NCBI GenBank assembly: GCA_964016885.1 | Contig: OZ024741.1 | Location: 61,938,001-62,002,000, forward strand | Reading direction: 5' to 3' | Origin: Eledone cirrhosa | Lineage: Eukaryota | Length of the DNA: 64,000 nt | Program-made: the position numbers and the translations under genes | The notes under the pieces: generated by a model | Database searches by the model: none | What the model saw: the letters and a program-made list of their open reading frames with translations, nothing else | What the model was told of the DNA's origin: nothing | Shown: piece after piece, positions 40,118 to 54,563 of the stretch | Position numbering within the stretch: the first letter of the stretch is position 1 | Layout: every line of letters starts with the position of its first letter

Positions 40118-42258
40118 TAAGTAAGGCAATCAAAGATATGAAGACGGGTAAGGCGGCTGGGCCTTCGGAAATAGTTGCTGAGATGCTGAAGGCATCTGGT
40201 TCGGTGGGACACACCATGGTCACCCGGATAGTTAACCAAGTCGTACAGAATGGGGTTGTTCCGAAGGACTGGCGTAGCAGCATCATCGTTAACTGCTATA
40301 AGGGAAAAGGAGATGCCCTAGATAGGAGTAACTATAGAGGCATTAAATTAATCGACCAGGTCATGAAGGTCACGGAAAAAGTAATAGCGCAACTAATCAG
40401 AGAGAGAATTGATCTAGATGAAATGCAGTTCGGGTTTGTGTCAGGCAAAAGTACCACAGACGCTCTTTTCATTGTACGACAACTACAGGAGAAGTACCTA
40501 GCTAAAAGTAAACCCCTATACTTAGCTTTCGTCGACTTGGAGAAAGCCTTCGACAGAGTCCCCCGTTCCATTATCTGGTGGTCTCTTAGAAAACTAGGTG
40601 TTGACGAATGGCTTGTGAGAGCTATACAAGCCATGTATAAAGAAACAGTCAGTAAGGTTAGAATTAACAACGAATATAGTGAAGAGTTTAGCGTAAAAGT
40701 TGGTGTCCATCAGGGCTCTGTTCTTAGCCCCCTACTATTTATTATTGCCCTTCAGGCTATAACAGAGGAGTTCAAGACCGGCTGCCCATGGGAGCTCCTA
40801 TACGCAGATGATCTAACGCTCATAGCTGAATCAATGACCGAACTAGAGAAGAAATTCCAAACATGGAAGCACGGCCTAGAATCAAAAGGCCTTAAAATTA
40901 ACCTGGCTAAGACTAAAGTTCTAGTTTGTAGGAAAGAAAATAAGGCGGCGGTCCCATCTGGGAAATGGCCATGCTCAGTGTGTAGGAAAGGCGTAGGTAG
41001 AAACTCCATTTTATGTCCCAAATGCAAAGTATGGGTGCATAAAAGATGTAGTGGGATCACAGGTAAGCTAACTAAGAACATAGATTTTACATGTGGCCGG
41101 TGCTCTGGTGCAATAAGTAGCAGCAAGTGCCCACAAAATACTAGCTCCTTCAACTGCGCAGAGGGTTCTATAGAAATAGTGGACAGCTTCCGTTATCTGG
41201 GTGACAAAATCAGCAGTGGGGGAGGGTGCTCTGAAAGTACAGTAGCTAGAGTCAGAACTGGATGGAAAAAGTTCAGAGAGCTTATACCACTATTAGCCGC
41301 TAGAGGGTTCTCCCTAAAAATGAAAGGCAGGTTATACGATGCCTGCATACGAACAGCAATGTTGCATGGCAGTGAGACCTGGGCATTGTGTGCAGAGGAT
41401 ATACGCAGACTAGAGAGGAACGAAGCTTGCATGCTCCGCTGGATGTGCAATAGTAATATACGTGAACGGCAAAGCATAAACGAACTAAGGAAAAAATTAG
41501 AAATAAGAGGGATCAGATGTTGTTTACTCGAGAGAAGGCTACGTTGGTACGGTCACGTGATGCGCATGAAAGACGACAGCTGTATAACAAAGTGCAGGGC
41601 AATAAAGATAGACGGTAGCCACGGAGTAGGCAGACCCAGAAAAACATGGGACGAGCTGATAAATTCCGACCTCACACGCTTACACCTCTCCAAGACAATG
41701 TCACTGGACCGAGACCTTTGGCGGTACTCAGTAATAGAGAAGACCCGCCTTACCTAAATACAAAGTAAAAACCTACTACAGTCAGTAGGCATCTCTATCA
41801 AAACACACCCCCGTCCCACCACCTCCACCCCACCCACACCGCCCCTTTCAATGTAAAGTTATGTTGGTCCCACAACATCCAGGCCGAAACAAATGAGATC
41901 GTGTAGGTGTCACGACAAAAAAACACACAGTCCACGCTGTAAATGTGGCCGTGTAGGCAACACGGTAAAAACCTCCCAGCCCCACACTGTAAATGTGGTT
42001 GGTGTTAGGAAGGGCATCCAGCTGTAGAAAACCCGCCAGACAGTCCACGCTGTAATGTGGCCGTGTAGGCAACACGGTAAAAACCTCCCAGCCCCACACT
42101 GTAAATGTGGTTGGTGTTAGGAAGGGCATCCAACTGTAGAAAACCCGGCGAGCAAGACAACCACTCTTGCCTCAAGTGGGAAAACCCCCGTCCAAACCCA
42201 TGCAAGCGTGGAACACGGACGCTAAACCTGATGATGATGATGATGATGATGATGATAG
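40118..42258 (+). mobile_element. 5'-truncated RTE-clade LINE with 3' UTR and (GAT)n tail
   Basis: Open RT ORF, 3' UTR with a ~115-bp tandem duplication, terminal stem-loop and gatgatgat tail. Confidence 0.95.
40138..41757 (+). CDS. Non-LTR reverse transcriptase (RTE clade) with internal PHD-type zinc finger; endonuclease domain lost by truncation
   Basis: Motifs NYRGIKL, QFGF, FVDLEKAFD, GVHQGSVLSP, YADD, FRYLG, RLRWYGHV; C4HC3 CSVC...CPKC...HKRC...CGRC. Confidence 0.93.
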   Translation: MKTGKAAGPSEIVAEMLKASGSVGHTMVTRIVNQVVQNGVVPKDWRSSIIVNCYKGKGDALDRSNYRGIKLIDQVMKVTEKVIAQLIRERIDLDEMQFGFVSGKSTTDALFIVRQLQEKYLAKSKPLYLAFVDLEKAFDRVPRSIIWWSLRKLGVDEWLVRAIQAMYKETVSKVRINNEYSEEFSVKVGVHQGSVLSPLLFIIALQAITEEFKTGCPWELLYADDLTLIAESMTELEKKFQTWKHGLESKGLKINLAKTKVLVCRKENKAAVPSGKWPCSVCRKGVGRNSILCPKCKVWVHKRCSGITGKLTKNIDFTCGRCSGAISSSKCPQNTSSFNCAEGSIEIVDSFRYLGDKISSGGGCSESTVARVRTGWKKFRELIPLLAARGFSLKMKGRLYDACIRTAMLHGSETWALCAEDIRRLERNEACMLRWMCNSNIRERQSINELRKKLEIRGIRCCLLERRLRWYGHVMRMKDDSCITKCRAIKIDGSHGVGRPRKTWDELINSDLTRLHLSKTMSLDRDLWRYSVIEKTRLT

Positions 42259-42470
42259 TATTAGTTATACTATCTATGGTTATGTAAATACAAAACCTTA
42301 TGCAGTTATAAGTATTTTACATACACCCTAAATAGTGGTAGGCAGTAATATATTACTACCTTATTACCAGTAAGTTAAGTTGCTCAATGTAAAAACATCA
42401 GATGATTTACAGAGCAGTTATATGAAATATATGAAATATAAGAATCAAAGAGCTGTTCAAAACATTATTG

Positions 42471-42517
42471 TGCTTACAGCTGTTTCCTAAAAACCGAGGT
42501 TTGGATTCTTCGGAGCA
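42471..42517 (-). ncRNA. Hammerhead ribozyme motif (U4C variant, imperfect stem II)
   Basis: Minus strand: tgct CCGAAGA atccaaacctcggtttttag GAAAC agct GTA agca; palindromic ACAGCTGT. Confidence 0.58.
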
Positions 42518-42854
42518 ATTTATTAATGCATGGACAGTTATATGACCTCCTTTTCAGCCAAGAGACATACCGATACATATTCAAACATTGTAGGTCAACA
42601 TTCATTACAGAATTTAGAGTGGCAGTACACACTTCGAGATTACATTTATATTAAGAGGTACAATCAAAAATCAAAAATACAGGTTAAAATACATGAAGAT
42701 AAGTGTGCGCCTTGTTTATATAGTGTGGCAGAGAGATATGTGTGGTAGAGGCGCTTAGGTAGGTAAACAAGAGTGTTAGGTTGGTAGATCTGGTGGGAAA
42801 TTCTTTATATGATTGATATAGTCTGTGTGTGGAGAAATGTTATAAGCATTAAAA

Positions 42855-43352
<498 letters not shown>

Positions 43353-44224
43353 AAATGAAATGATATATCATCATCATCATATAACGTCCATTTTCCCCAC
43401 TAGCATTATATATAATTTGTCTATATATCTAATTTGTAAATATATATATATATATATTTATACATATATATATATATTTATTTATACACACACACACAAG
43501 CATTAGACACATAATTAGGAATCCTAGTAATGATTTTTTGTTTGTTTTTTAGTTCCTTTATACAATGTGTGTTTGAGTTATGCTGTGACTAAAGACAGGA
43601 AATAACCAGCAACAATAGCAACTTCAAAAGCAACAATTGTTTCAAAAACAAAAACGTTTTAGAGAGAGACAGAGAAGAGGGTTTGTTTACAGTTGAAATA
43701 TTACATTTTTTTAAAGCACAGCTCATGACATGCTCAGCTAAGTTTTGTCCAACTCAAAATAAATGAAAGAATGGACACATTTATTCAACAATGTAAAATA
43801 CCAATGGAAAATTGTCAGCAGTTCAAAACAGCCAAAAAATAATAAATAAGCATAAAATAAAAGTTTTTTTTAAATATTTCTAAAAATACGAAAAAAATAA
43901 CACATCTCTATCTATGTGTGTGTATGTCTGTGTGTGTGTGTGTGTGTGTGTTCATGCATATATAGATATACTGACAGACTGATGTAAATATATATACACA
44001 TTAAAAAAAAATGAAATTATGAAATCAAAACCAACAATATCTTTGTGTAATTAAATCTGAAAACTATGACATACTGCAAAAATGTTATTGATGTTGCTGT
44101 TGTTATTTAAATATTTTTTGTTACTATTATTATTTTTATTGGCTATACTTAAAACTTGTTTTTTCTTTGTGTGGGCTTTATTTTTACATTGAACCAAAAA
44201 CATGGATATAGTACTTTAGTTATC

Positions 44225-44720
44225 TTAACACTTTTGATACCAAACCACCTGAATTAACTCTTATACTATACCACCTGAAATCATGTTAGTAAAATATTCT
44301 TTAAAATGGATAAAACAGCACTATGACCACATCACATTAACATTTCAAGTCCTTACCTTACTATTGTGAATTTTCAGTAGTAAAGAAATTTAAAAAATTG
44401 AATTGCCAAATGCATTTTTAGATATTCTCTGCAATCTTCATTAGATGTTCAAAAATAAAGAATTTAGAAGGATTTACTAAAATTCTTAATTATTTCATTA
44501 CTAAGATAGTAACTTTAAATATGGTTCTTATATAAAATTAGGTAGGCAGATTATAATGTGAATAGGAACCTTTTAAAATGTGTGGTTTTGTTTTATATGC
44601 CCAAAGCTGCTTTGGACCAGGTTGGTATCAAAAGGATCAAATAGGAACCCTCTAAAATGGGTAATTTTATTTCATAAAAACAGAGTCAGTTTTGTCCAGG
44701 CTGGTATCGAATAAGTTAAA
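44225..44720. mobile_element. Degenerate piggyBac-like MITE
   Basis: ttaa-cacttttgataccaaacc ... ggttggtatcaaaagg and gctggtatcgaataag-ttaa termini. Confidence 0.45.
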
Positions 44721-45589
44721 TATGTCATGATAATTCCTTTTAAATTATGCATATCCCTTTTTTTAAATTATTTTATTCTTTTATGGTTTCAGTGGCCATG
44801 TTGTAGATTTTTGTCAATCATTTCCACTTCAGTACTTGTTTTTTTTGTGTCTGATTCTTAGTTTATCAAACTCTTTTTTGTCAAACCACTACATTGTGGA
44901 ACACAAACATAAACAAACGCACACTATCTTGCTATGCAACAACCACCACATAGACAGAATATTTCATTAAAAACATGTTGTTTAAGCTGGTAAAACAAAT
45001 TTTAGTTTGTATTACTATTAATATTACTAATTCAATAAGACAATTTATATAAGCAAAATGATGTTGAACTTATATAAGAGTTTCTGAAAAAATAATGAAA
45101 TCATTTTTAATAAATTTATGAAGAAATGTACTAAAATTCTTTTGTTCTCAAAAATGTCCTTGTAAACAAGGGAGCTTCATACACAAAGGGACATCCAATA
45201 GGTCAGCAAATATGGTAAATGAAATATTCAACTGTGTTACTGAAACCTCTGTTGGTTCTTGCAATGAGTGTTCTAGCTGCTTGATCAACTGCTCACAAAA
45301 TTCACAAGCAAGTAGCTGAGTATTCCATAGACAAGTGAACCCTTAGGGAAATTCAGCATGACACAGCATGCAACAAGATTGGCCCATTGAATTACAAATA
45401 CAACATCTGAGTGGACTGAAGCAATGTAAAAAGAAGTGTCTTTTGTGAATTCAATGTACTGCACCAACAGGAATCAAATTCATGACCTTACGGTTGTGAG
45501 CCAAACAACAAACCACGAAGCTCCTCTATTCTACAGTAAAGCCATATCAATAAGAAAAAAAAAGTGAAAGTCTGTTCTAAGCCAAAGGC

Positions 45590-45945
45590 TAATCAAGCCA
45601 GTGCTTATCCCTGGTTTCCTTGCCATTAAACGACTAAGACTACAAGACTCTTCCTGGATAAGACACCTGTCTATCGCTGGATTAACTTCCCAGCTACTGC
45701 TGGTACTCACTCTCAGCTGAGTGTACTGGAGCAATGTGAAATGAAGTGTTTTGCTGAAGAACACAATGCAGTAGCCTATCCAGGAATTGAACCGATGGCA
45801 TTACAAAACAACATCAAGCATCCTAACCAACTATCTTTTTTTTTAAATCTACTAGGAAACATCGATATCAGGTTATTTAGCTTTCAACTCATAACCTTAC
45901 AATCAAGAGCCAAACACTCTAACCACTAAGCCACATGCCTTCACA
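45590..45945 (-). mobile_element. tRNA-derived SINE(s), diverged
   Basis: ctcagctgagtgtactggagcaatgtgaaatgaagtgttttgct and ctctaaccactaagccacatgccttc. Confidence 0.7.
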
Positions 45946-46684
45946 TTCTACACAGTACATCCCTAGCAACTGAACCTCACCCCACCTTCACTAACTATAT
46001 TAGAACACATTAATATCATGTTATTTAGCATCTCACACACAGAAACAGTTTTTAACAACATGGCAGATCATTATAACGAAGCTTTATCATATCTCATTAC
46101 TGAGCAGTTGTTTTTTTAACAAACTTTAAAAAAAAATTTTTTTTCGCACTTTTCAATGAATTTATGTGTGTTGAAAAATAACCAAAATAAATAATTTTAT
46201 ATAATGAAAGAAAAAGTAATAGATAAAAAGGATGATAGTGGTGATGGTGGTGATGGCGATGATGATATTGGTAATGATGGTGATGAGGATGGTGACAATG
46301 ATGGTGGTGGTGATGGTGATGGTGGTAGTGGTGGTGGTGGTGAATATGATGGTGGTAATAGCAATGATGATGTGGCAATGATGATGATGAGGGTGTGATA
46401 ATGACGGTGATGATGATGATGATGGTGATGATTATGATGATGATGCTGGTAGTGGTAGTGATGATGATGGTGGTGGTGATTGAGGAGAGGGTGATGATGA
46501 TGGTGGTGATGAAGATACGGAAGATGATAAAAAAAGGATGATGGATGATTACAATAATATATGATGTTTGAAAAGAAAGAAGTGCAGCCGGTACTAGCTA
46601 GTAATGCACCAGATGCACTGAGTGCACTTGAAACAATTCAGAAACCAAAATAAAAGAGTGACACTCATACTTAAAAGAGCACTT

Positions 46685-47230
46685 ACATGGCTGTTTAATA
46701 TGCTAGAAAGCGCAGTTAAATCTCCCTCAAACTACACCCTAAAGGGCAACAAAAGATAAATTAGACAATGTAAGTTTTACAGGTCCTTAAAAAAAAGAAT
46801 GGTTACAGCTTGAAGATCTGGGCTGACCAGGAGCCCTCTATGTGGACAATAGAGCTGCTAGAAAGAACAGTAAATTTCCCTTAAATTACACACTCCTGTC
46901 TTAAAAATAAAAGGGAAAAGGACACATGAAATAATGTAGTGTTGCAGGTTCTTTAAAAAGCCAGGAAGGTCATGGCAGGAATAACTTTGATTATAGGTCT
47001 GATTGATCAGGGGTGATCTGGGTGCTAAAAAAACAAGAACAACTGTGGTCATTCAATCTGCTAGAAAGAGCAGTTAAATCTCTCAAATTATACCCAACTG
47101 TTTTACAAATATAGGAAAAGGACACATTAGATAGTATAGTGAAACAGGTTATTCAAATGATAGGAATGTCATGGCAGAAATACCTTTGATTATAAATCTG
47201 CTTGCTCAGGGTTAACCTGGGTTTCAACTT
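46685..47230 (+). repeat. Three degenerate tandem copies of a ~170-200-bp repeat
   Basis: gctagaaag.gcagttaaatctccctcaaa...gacacattagataatgtagt recurring near 46700, 46855 and 47060. Confidence 0.7.
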
Positions 47231-47547
47231 CAACAGAATTGGAGGAAAAAGTGTATGAGTGTGTGTGGGTGGTGTTCTGAGAAAAGAAAAGATAAAAACT
47301 CCTCTAAAAAGGGCCTCCATAATTGCATGACACTATCATAGTGTTAAATAAAAAATGTGTAATACCATGTATAGGCAGTGAATTGGCTGAGTCATAAAGG
47401 CATTAAATTATATGTGCCAGAGTATTTCTTATGGCTCACTGTGTTCTTATTTCAAAACCTGCAGGGTTCAAATTTGCCTTTATATCCTTTTAAGGTCGAT
47501 AAATAAAGTACCAGCACAATACTGGGGATGATTCTTTCTTTATCATT

Positions 47548-47747
47548 NNNNNNNNNNNNNNNNNNNNNNNNNNNNNNNNNNNNNNNNNNNNNNNNNNNNN
47601 NNNNNNNNNNNNNNNNNNNNNNNNNNNNNNNNNNNNNNNNNNNNNNNNNNNNNNNNNNNNNNNNNNNNNNNNNNNNNNNNNNNNNNNNNNNNNNNNNNNN
47701 NNNNNNNNNNNNNNNNNNNNNNNNNNNNNNNNNNNNNNNNNNNNNNN
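47548..47747. other. Assembly gap (200 N)
   Basis: Run of N. Confidence 1.
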
Positions 47748-48021
47748 TATTGAAGGAAGATACGGAAACTAAAACAGTGTTGTCATATAGAGAGTAGAGC
47801 GACAGAGAGAGTAAAGCAGTTAAATTAGGGAGAGGGGGAATGATCTTACATACATACATGCATACATACATACATATAAAGTATAGATATGTGTGTGTGT
47901 GTGTGTGTGTGTTTGTGTATGTGTATGTGTGTTTGTGTATGTGTGTATATGCATGTGTGTGTCTGTGTTTTGTTTTGATGTTATCCGGCAATTGGCGAAA
48001 TCAGATGTGAAAGTATGTGTA

Positions 48022-48096
<75 letters not shown>

Positions 48097-48245
48097 TATG
48101 CGAGCGACGACAGAAAAGTGTGTGCGATACATACATTATTATATTTGTCTTTATTTTCGTTCTGCAACCATTATATTATGATAATTGTATCCAAATAATT
48201 TTAGATGTATGTATTACCTTTTTGCCAGTCCCTCTGTTTCTCTTT

Positions 48246-48276
<31 letters not shown>

Positions 48277-48653
48277 CTCTCTACTCTCTCTCTCTCACTC
48301 TTTAGATGTGTGTGTAGTTTTCCCAATCTGTCTCTTTCATTTTCTGTCTCTCTAAGAGGGTTGCCTTTTGATGTAAGTATTACCTGCTTGTGTGTTGACC
48401 GAATTTGAAAAGGAGGTTATCATTTTGAAATAAACATACATACGACGCTCATCTCTATGTTGATATATAATATAAATAATGGTATTGATGAGTTAATATC
48501 TGTATACAACTACAACGGTACGCGATGGGGCCCACCCACAGCCCCGGCGGACAGAATGGAGAAGGCGTTTCCCCGGGGGACGGCAAGGAAGACGCGCTGG
48601 AAAACCCACTCCAACTCGCGGGGCTCACACCTGCGGCTGGCCAGCTCAGCGCC

Positions 48654-48909
48654 TATAATTAAAGCAGTTAAATTATAGAGAGAGTGAAAGAGGGAGAGAG
48701 AGAGACGACGACGCTCAGCTTTATAATATTTGAGAGTGAAGAGAGACAGAGAGAGTAAAGCAGTTAAATTATAGAGAGGGGGAATGATCTATTATAGAGA
48801 GAGTGAAGAGTGACGGAGAGAGTAAAACTAAGAAACTATAGGGAGGTGTGTAGGATACATACATAATACATACACACGACACACAGCTTTATAATATTAT
48901 AGATAGATG
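48654..48909 (-). mobile_element. Probable Helitron-like 5' end with internal subrepeats
   Basis: Minus strand starts atctatctataatattataaagctg; subrepeat gagagtaaagcagttaaatta also at 47808-47828. Confidence 0.4.
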
Positions 48910-49182
48910 AATAACATCAGAGTTTTTGTATATCTATGCACATTCATGTTTTTTTGTTGTTATTTTTTTGCCTTTTTTAAGTCGTTTGAGGATAGACATG
49001 CTTGAATTCATTGTCTTCTATGTATATATAGTATTTGGGGAATTTGGTTGGTGTAAACTGTACTTGAAATCGATTGTCACGACACTGCACATAACGGATT
49101 TTAGACACACCGGACCAATGAAACATTTGTTAATACTTGGAATAAACCCTACTGCATAGTCGATCCGTGTTATTCTTCCCTC

Positions 49183-49244
<62 letters not shown>

Positions 49245-49509
49245 GGAAAAGAATGAAACGAAAATTTCCTTTCTCACTCTTAGTACGGCTGGTACTTAAA
49301 TATAAGTATGTATACATACATACATATATGTATACATACGTACAGTAGTATGTATATATATACATACATGCACACATATATATATGTACGTATGGGTTTA
49401 CCGAACATTTATTATAATGCTCGGTTTGTTTGTAAACAAACAGCCCGAATTAAGCCGTACAGTATTTTGGCAACCATTGATGCCCTTTTGTTCAACACTG
49501 ACAAAGGAA

Positions 49510-49550
49510 CGATGAACTAGTTTCAAGCTTATTAGCTATCGTCAGCATCG
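49510..49550 (-). ncRNA. Minimal hammerhead ribozyme motif
   Basis: Minus strand: cgatg CTGACGA t-agct-aata-agct-t GAAAC ta GTT catcg; 5-bp stem I, palindromic AACTAGTT. Confidence 0.75.
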
Positions 49551-49607
49551 GATACCTTCCTGTCAGGTGATTGAACCTTTGAAAGTATATACTTTCCTTA
49601 TGCATAA

Positions 49608-49686
<79 letters not shown>

Positions 49687-49687
49687 T

Positions 49688-49753
<66 letters not shown>

Positions 49754-50185
49754 GTGCGTGTGTGCGTGTGTGTGTGCGTTACGTATCGGACATTTGCCCT
49801 TTGTCAGGAAAAAACAAAAGGAAAAGCGCAAATAAAATAAAATAAAACGTTTTTTTAATAAAATTAGAAAGAAAAAAATTGAGAGGGAGAGGAGGTGAGT
49901 TGTGATGGTGGGGAGTAGTGATAGGTGGTAGAGTAGACCGGCGGGCGGGTGTGGGGATCGAGGTGAGGGGTTCAGACGTGTAGTTGGGGGTTGTGTATGT
50001 ATGTGGGGAGCCACAGTAAGCGTGTCGGTGTGTATGTGTGCGGGCGTGTATGTGTGTATGTAAGTGTTGGAGATGGTGATAACAGTGTTCTACAATAAAC
50101 GAATTAACTTTAGTATACATACATGCATAGATTCGAACCTACATACATATACATATATATAAATATATATATTAACATTACAAAG

Positions 50186-50270
50186 GGTCTGACGAGCCAC
50201 GTATTACAGAGACAGGTCAGATTGATACAGATCAAACCTTGAGCTAGTCACTGGCGAAACGCGCGTCACC
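50186..50270 (+). ncRNA. Canonical-core type-I hammerhead ribozyme in a solo Penelope-like pLTR
   Basis: ggt CTGACGA gcca...tggc GAAAC gcgc GTC acc; palindromic ACGCGCGT, GUC triplet, followed by AATAAA; unit bounded by TA tracts. Confidence 0.85.
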
Positions 50271-50471
50271 AACCAATAAATCTAATGAAGGAGTAACCAA
50301 TCGTCCTTGTTATCTTATTTAACTATAATAAACTCTGTATAGCTCTACACCTTGACACTGAAGTGAACCTAAACATCGAGTGCTCACCCGAGTGAACCTA
50401 TAGTAACTCCAAATTACACTCCCTGGATATATATAAATATATGTATATATATATATTTATATATATATAAA

Positions 50472-51005
50472 GCTATATACATAAATGGCAATTTCTGTCT
50501 GTTTGTTTGTTTGTGAACCTAAAACTCAAAAACTACCAAACCGATCTTGAGGAAACTTGACACGTGTGTGGGGACTCATGCCCATTTGATTTCTTACCTA
50601 TATGTCATTTTAATCAAAGGGTTCCCCGGGGGTTCAAACCCCACTGAAAACCCCTGCTTAGTTTCTTCCCTTCGATTTATATGAAATGTAAATCATAGGT
50701 AAAGCACACAATATGATGCCTATTTACAAAATGTCAGCAAATTTCAATAATATTAAGACACTCTAATGGGGTTCTATTTTTACCTTATAGCAACACTCAA
50801 CTTCTCTGACAAACATTTTTCGCCTGACCAATGCAATCAACATTATTTGTTCGTATTATTGTTTCGTATTATTGTTTGAATTTGTGTTCGCTTTTGATTA
50901 TCTGTCCTATATTTTGATTTCATTTTTGGTCTGAGAGGGATTGAGCATTTTGATGGGTACTGGGAATACCCTCCGCTCCCGGGTATTACAGGGTACCTCA
51001 GCTAG
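50472..51005 (+). mobile_element. Non-autonomous Helitron
   Basis: 5' (t>g)ctatatacataaa + ctgtctgtttgtttg; 3' hairpin-like cccgggtattacaggg then CTAG|T. Confidence 0.7.
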
Positions 51006-51031
51006 TAAATTATATATATATATATATATAT

Positions 51032-51168
51032 ATACAATATTAAATAAATGGAAACTATATTTATAAAACCATATTTATTTCATTATATATATTTCAGGGA
51101 TATCATATATATATATAATGAAATAAATATGGTTTTATAAATATAGTTTCCATTTATTTAATATTGTA
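51032..51168. repeat. Short palindrome of pLTR tail sequence (family of 53321-53870)
   Basis: tacaatattaaataaatggaaactatatttataaaaccatatttatttcattatatatat and its reverse complement. Confidence 0.85.
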
Positions 51169-51252
51169 AATATGCTCCAAATATTTGTCGAGTGCTTTTA
51201 TATCAGTTATAAATATTTACTAGTTGTAACCCAACAATTTAAATATAACTTT

Positions 51253-51295
<43 letters not shown>

Positions 51296-51364
51296 AGTAC
51301 AATAACAACAAACACATACAAACACACAATAGTGAACAAAGATAGAATACGAAAACAAAAAGGG

Positions 51365-52961
51365 ATTATTATAAATGCACAGTCAAAACCAGTGATAATA
51401 TATTTAACTATGTAAGTTCAACTTCTACACACTTCAAAAGTCGTTGGAATAATCACAAATGCTCTTTCAGAAAACTTGATAAAAAATCTTCAACTTCTCT
51501 ATCAAACCTGATATGGAACTTAAAGTCCAAAAATATGGACTATTCTTTAACTTGGGAAATAATTTCGAAGCCCCTGCCTACCGAAACACAGCTTTATCTA
51601 GATTTTGCAAATTGTGTGTTGAGGAAATTTTCTTCATACTTAAATGTAAGAACTCTATTACGGACGAATTTATTTAGTTCTTGTAAACATCGCCTAAACT
51701 CAACGTTTAGAACTATATACAAATTATAATTACACTTATATATTTCTACTCATTTCTAATATTTCTACTTATCCACTGTTTTAATATATTGTTATCTCTA
51801 AATCATATCTATAATATTTGCTATAATTTCACTTCTTAAAATTTCTTAAAATATATATATGATCCTAACTTTTAAATTTTTATTTTAACTTTAATTTTAA
51901 TATTTTAAAAGTTTTTTTTATTCTTTATTTTTTATTTTTTATTTCTTAAATTTTTCATATAATTTAAAAATTACTATTACATTTTTAAAAATTTACTTAT
52001 CTCTTATAAATTATGTTTTTAAAAATTTTCCCGAATTTTTTATGTTTTAATAAATTTGTTTAATATCTTTTATAAAATGTTTTAATATATTTTATTAGAT
52101 TTATAACCACTAACTAATTCAGGCTAAATATATCTTTAACATTTATATCTTTAACATTTAAACTTATTTTGACAAAATAGTCTCATACTAGCGAATAAAT
52201 AAACAAAACTGGAGTTTTTTCTGTATCTTCCCAATTTAAAATATATAAATATAAATATTCCTATTAACTCAGTTAACTTAATAACTTACATTAAATATAA
52301 ACCAATATCCCTCATAAATCATTAAAACAATTATCTATGACACGATATACCCATCTATTCATTTATATATCTATTTATATATCTATCCATTTTTATATTT
52401 ATTTTTCTATCTATTTATTTTTCTATCTATTTATTTTTCCATATATTTTTCTATCTAATTTTATATATATTTATTTTTCTATATATATCTATTTATTTGT
52501 CTATCTACTTATAACAGTAAATATTATATTATAAAGAATTTTAACAACTAAATAATCGTAAATATACATAGCATTAGTAGGTATATATTCCCCCATATTA
52601 ACGTTACATGAGTTCTATTCATCCTCTTGTTAATTTCTTCTCTCTATCTCTCTCGTAATATTAATATTTTTCTCTTTCTTCTCTATCTTTCTCCAGTGTC
52701 ATTTAAATAAACGGTTGTTTTTCAACTATTTACATATTCATTTGCATATTCACACATAAGTTTGAAAAATCCCTAATATATTTCAACTACCCTGTGAATT
52801 TCCAACCGAGAAGGTATGATTTTCATGGGTACGTCACTATTTATAAAACAAACTTTGTATTTTATCAGATAAAAGCGTACCAATGTTGTCTTGGTTGCCC
52901 TTGAAATATATATAATAAAATAAATATGGTTTTATAAATATAGTTTCCATTTATTTAATAT

Positions 52962-53042
<81 letters not shown>

Positions 53043-53140
53043 TATTTTACACTACTCCGGAGTAATCAAACCAACCTGCGCACTTCGTCGAGTGCTCCAA
53101 TCTGCATAATAAGGTGTTGGTATACAACCAACATATACTC
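51365..53140 (+). mobile_element. Penelope-like element 3' relic: GIY-YIG endonuclease (51369-51729, frameshifted), 3' UTR, pLTR with degenerate hammerhead (52862-52918)
   Basis: YKCTVK...YVSSTSTHFKSRWNNHKCSF...TSLSNLIWNLK...WEII...FCKLCVEE. Confidence 0.85.
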
Positions 53141-53155
53141 AAAATGTATATATAC

Positions 53156-53227
<72 letters not shown>

Positions 53228-53320
53228 CAGAAAGGGTATTCAATTTGTTGGTAATTCAACAAAGATAAATGTTTATAATTGATTCAGGGCACTAAACAAG
53301 TTTTCTGGAGTATAATATTC

Positions 53321-53972
<652 letters not shown>

Positions 53973-53995
53973 TATGTATACATACATACGTACAT

Positions 53996-54044
<49 letters not shown>

Positions 54045-54053
54045 CACACACAT

Positions 54054-54123
<70 letters not shown>

Positions 54124-54132
54124 ACACACACA

Positions 54133-54166
<34 letters not shown>

Positions 54167-54180
54167 TGTATATAAGGAAA

Positions 54181-54364
54181 AGAAATTGAAAATACAACGG
54201 GAGTCTTTTAAGAATATTTATCTATTTACTGAGATGCGAGACAAACCACAACAGAAACACAAACCCTCCATGTCAATTTTACTTTTAAAAGTCATAAGAA
54301 CTTGAAACCGGTGAAGTAAATAAATAAATATTCTTAAAAGACTGCAGTTGCATTTTCAATTTCT
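54181..54364. repeat. Imperfect inverted repeat (~50-bp arms), probable pLTR relic
   Basis: agaaattgaaaatacaac...tatttact / agtaaataaataaatattcttaaaagac...ttttcaatttct; gaaaccggt remnant. Confidence 0.6.
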
Positions 54365-54425
54365 TATACTTTCACCCGTGTAGGACACTTCGTATTTATT
54401 TTTTTTTTCAGAAAACCCCATTTTC

Positions 54426-54465
<40 letters not shown>

Positions 54466-54501
54466 AACAATTTAAAAATGGTTAAAAAAGTTCCATATAT
54501 T

Positions 54502-54563
54502 TCATTATACGCATTTCGAAAACAACATCATCCTGGGACAAAAATTGTGTTCTCATCAGATAA
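54502..54563 (-). ncRNA. Hammerhead ribozyme motif in the 3' pLTR
   Basis: ttat CTGATGA gaacacaa...ttgttttc GAAA tgcgta TA atga. Confidence 0.68.

Noticed and set aside
47452-47991. ORFs spanning the N run
   Set aside because: Artefact of the assembly gap.
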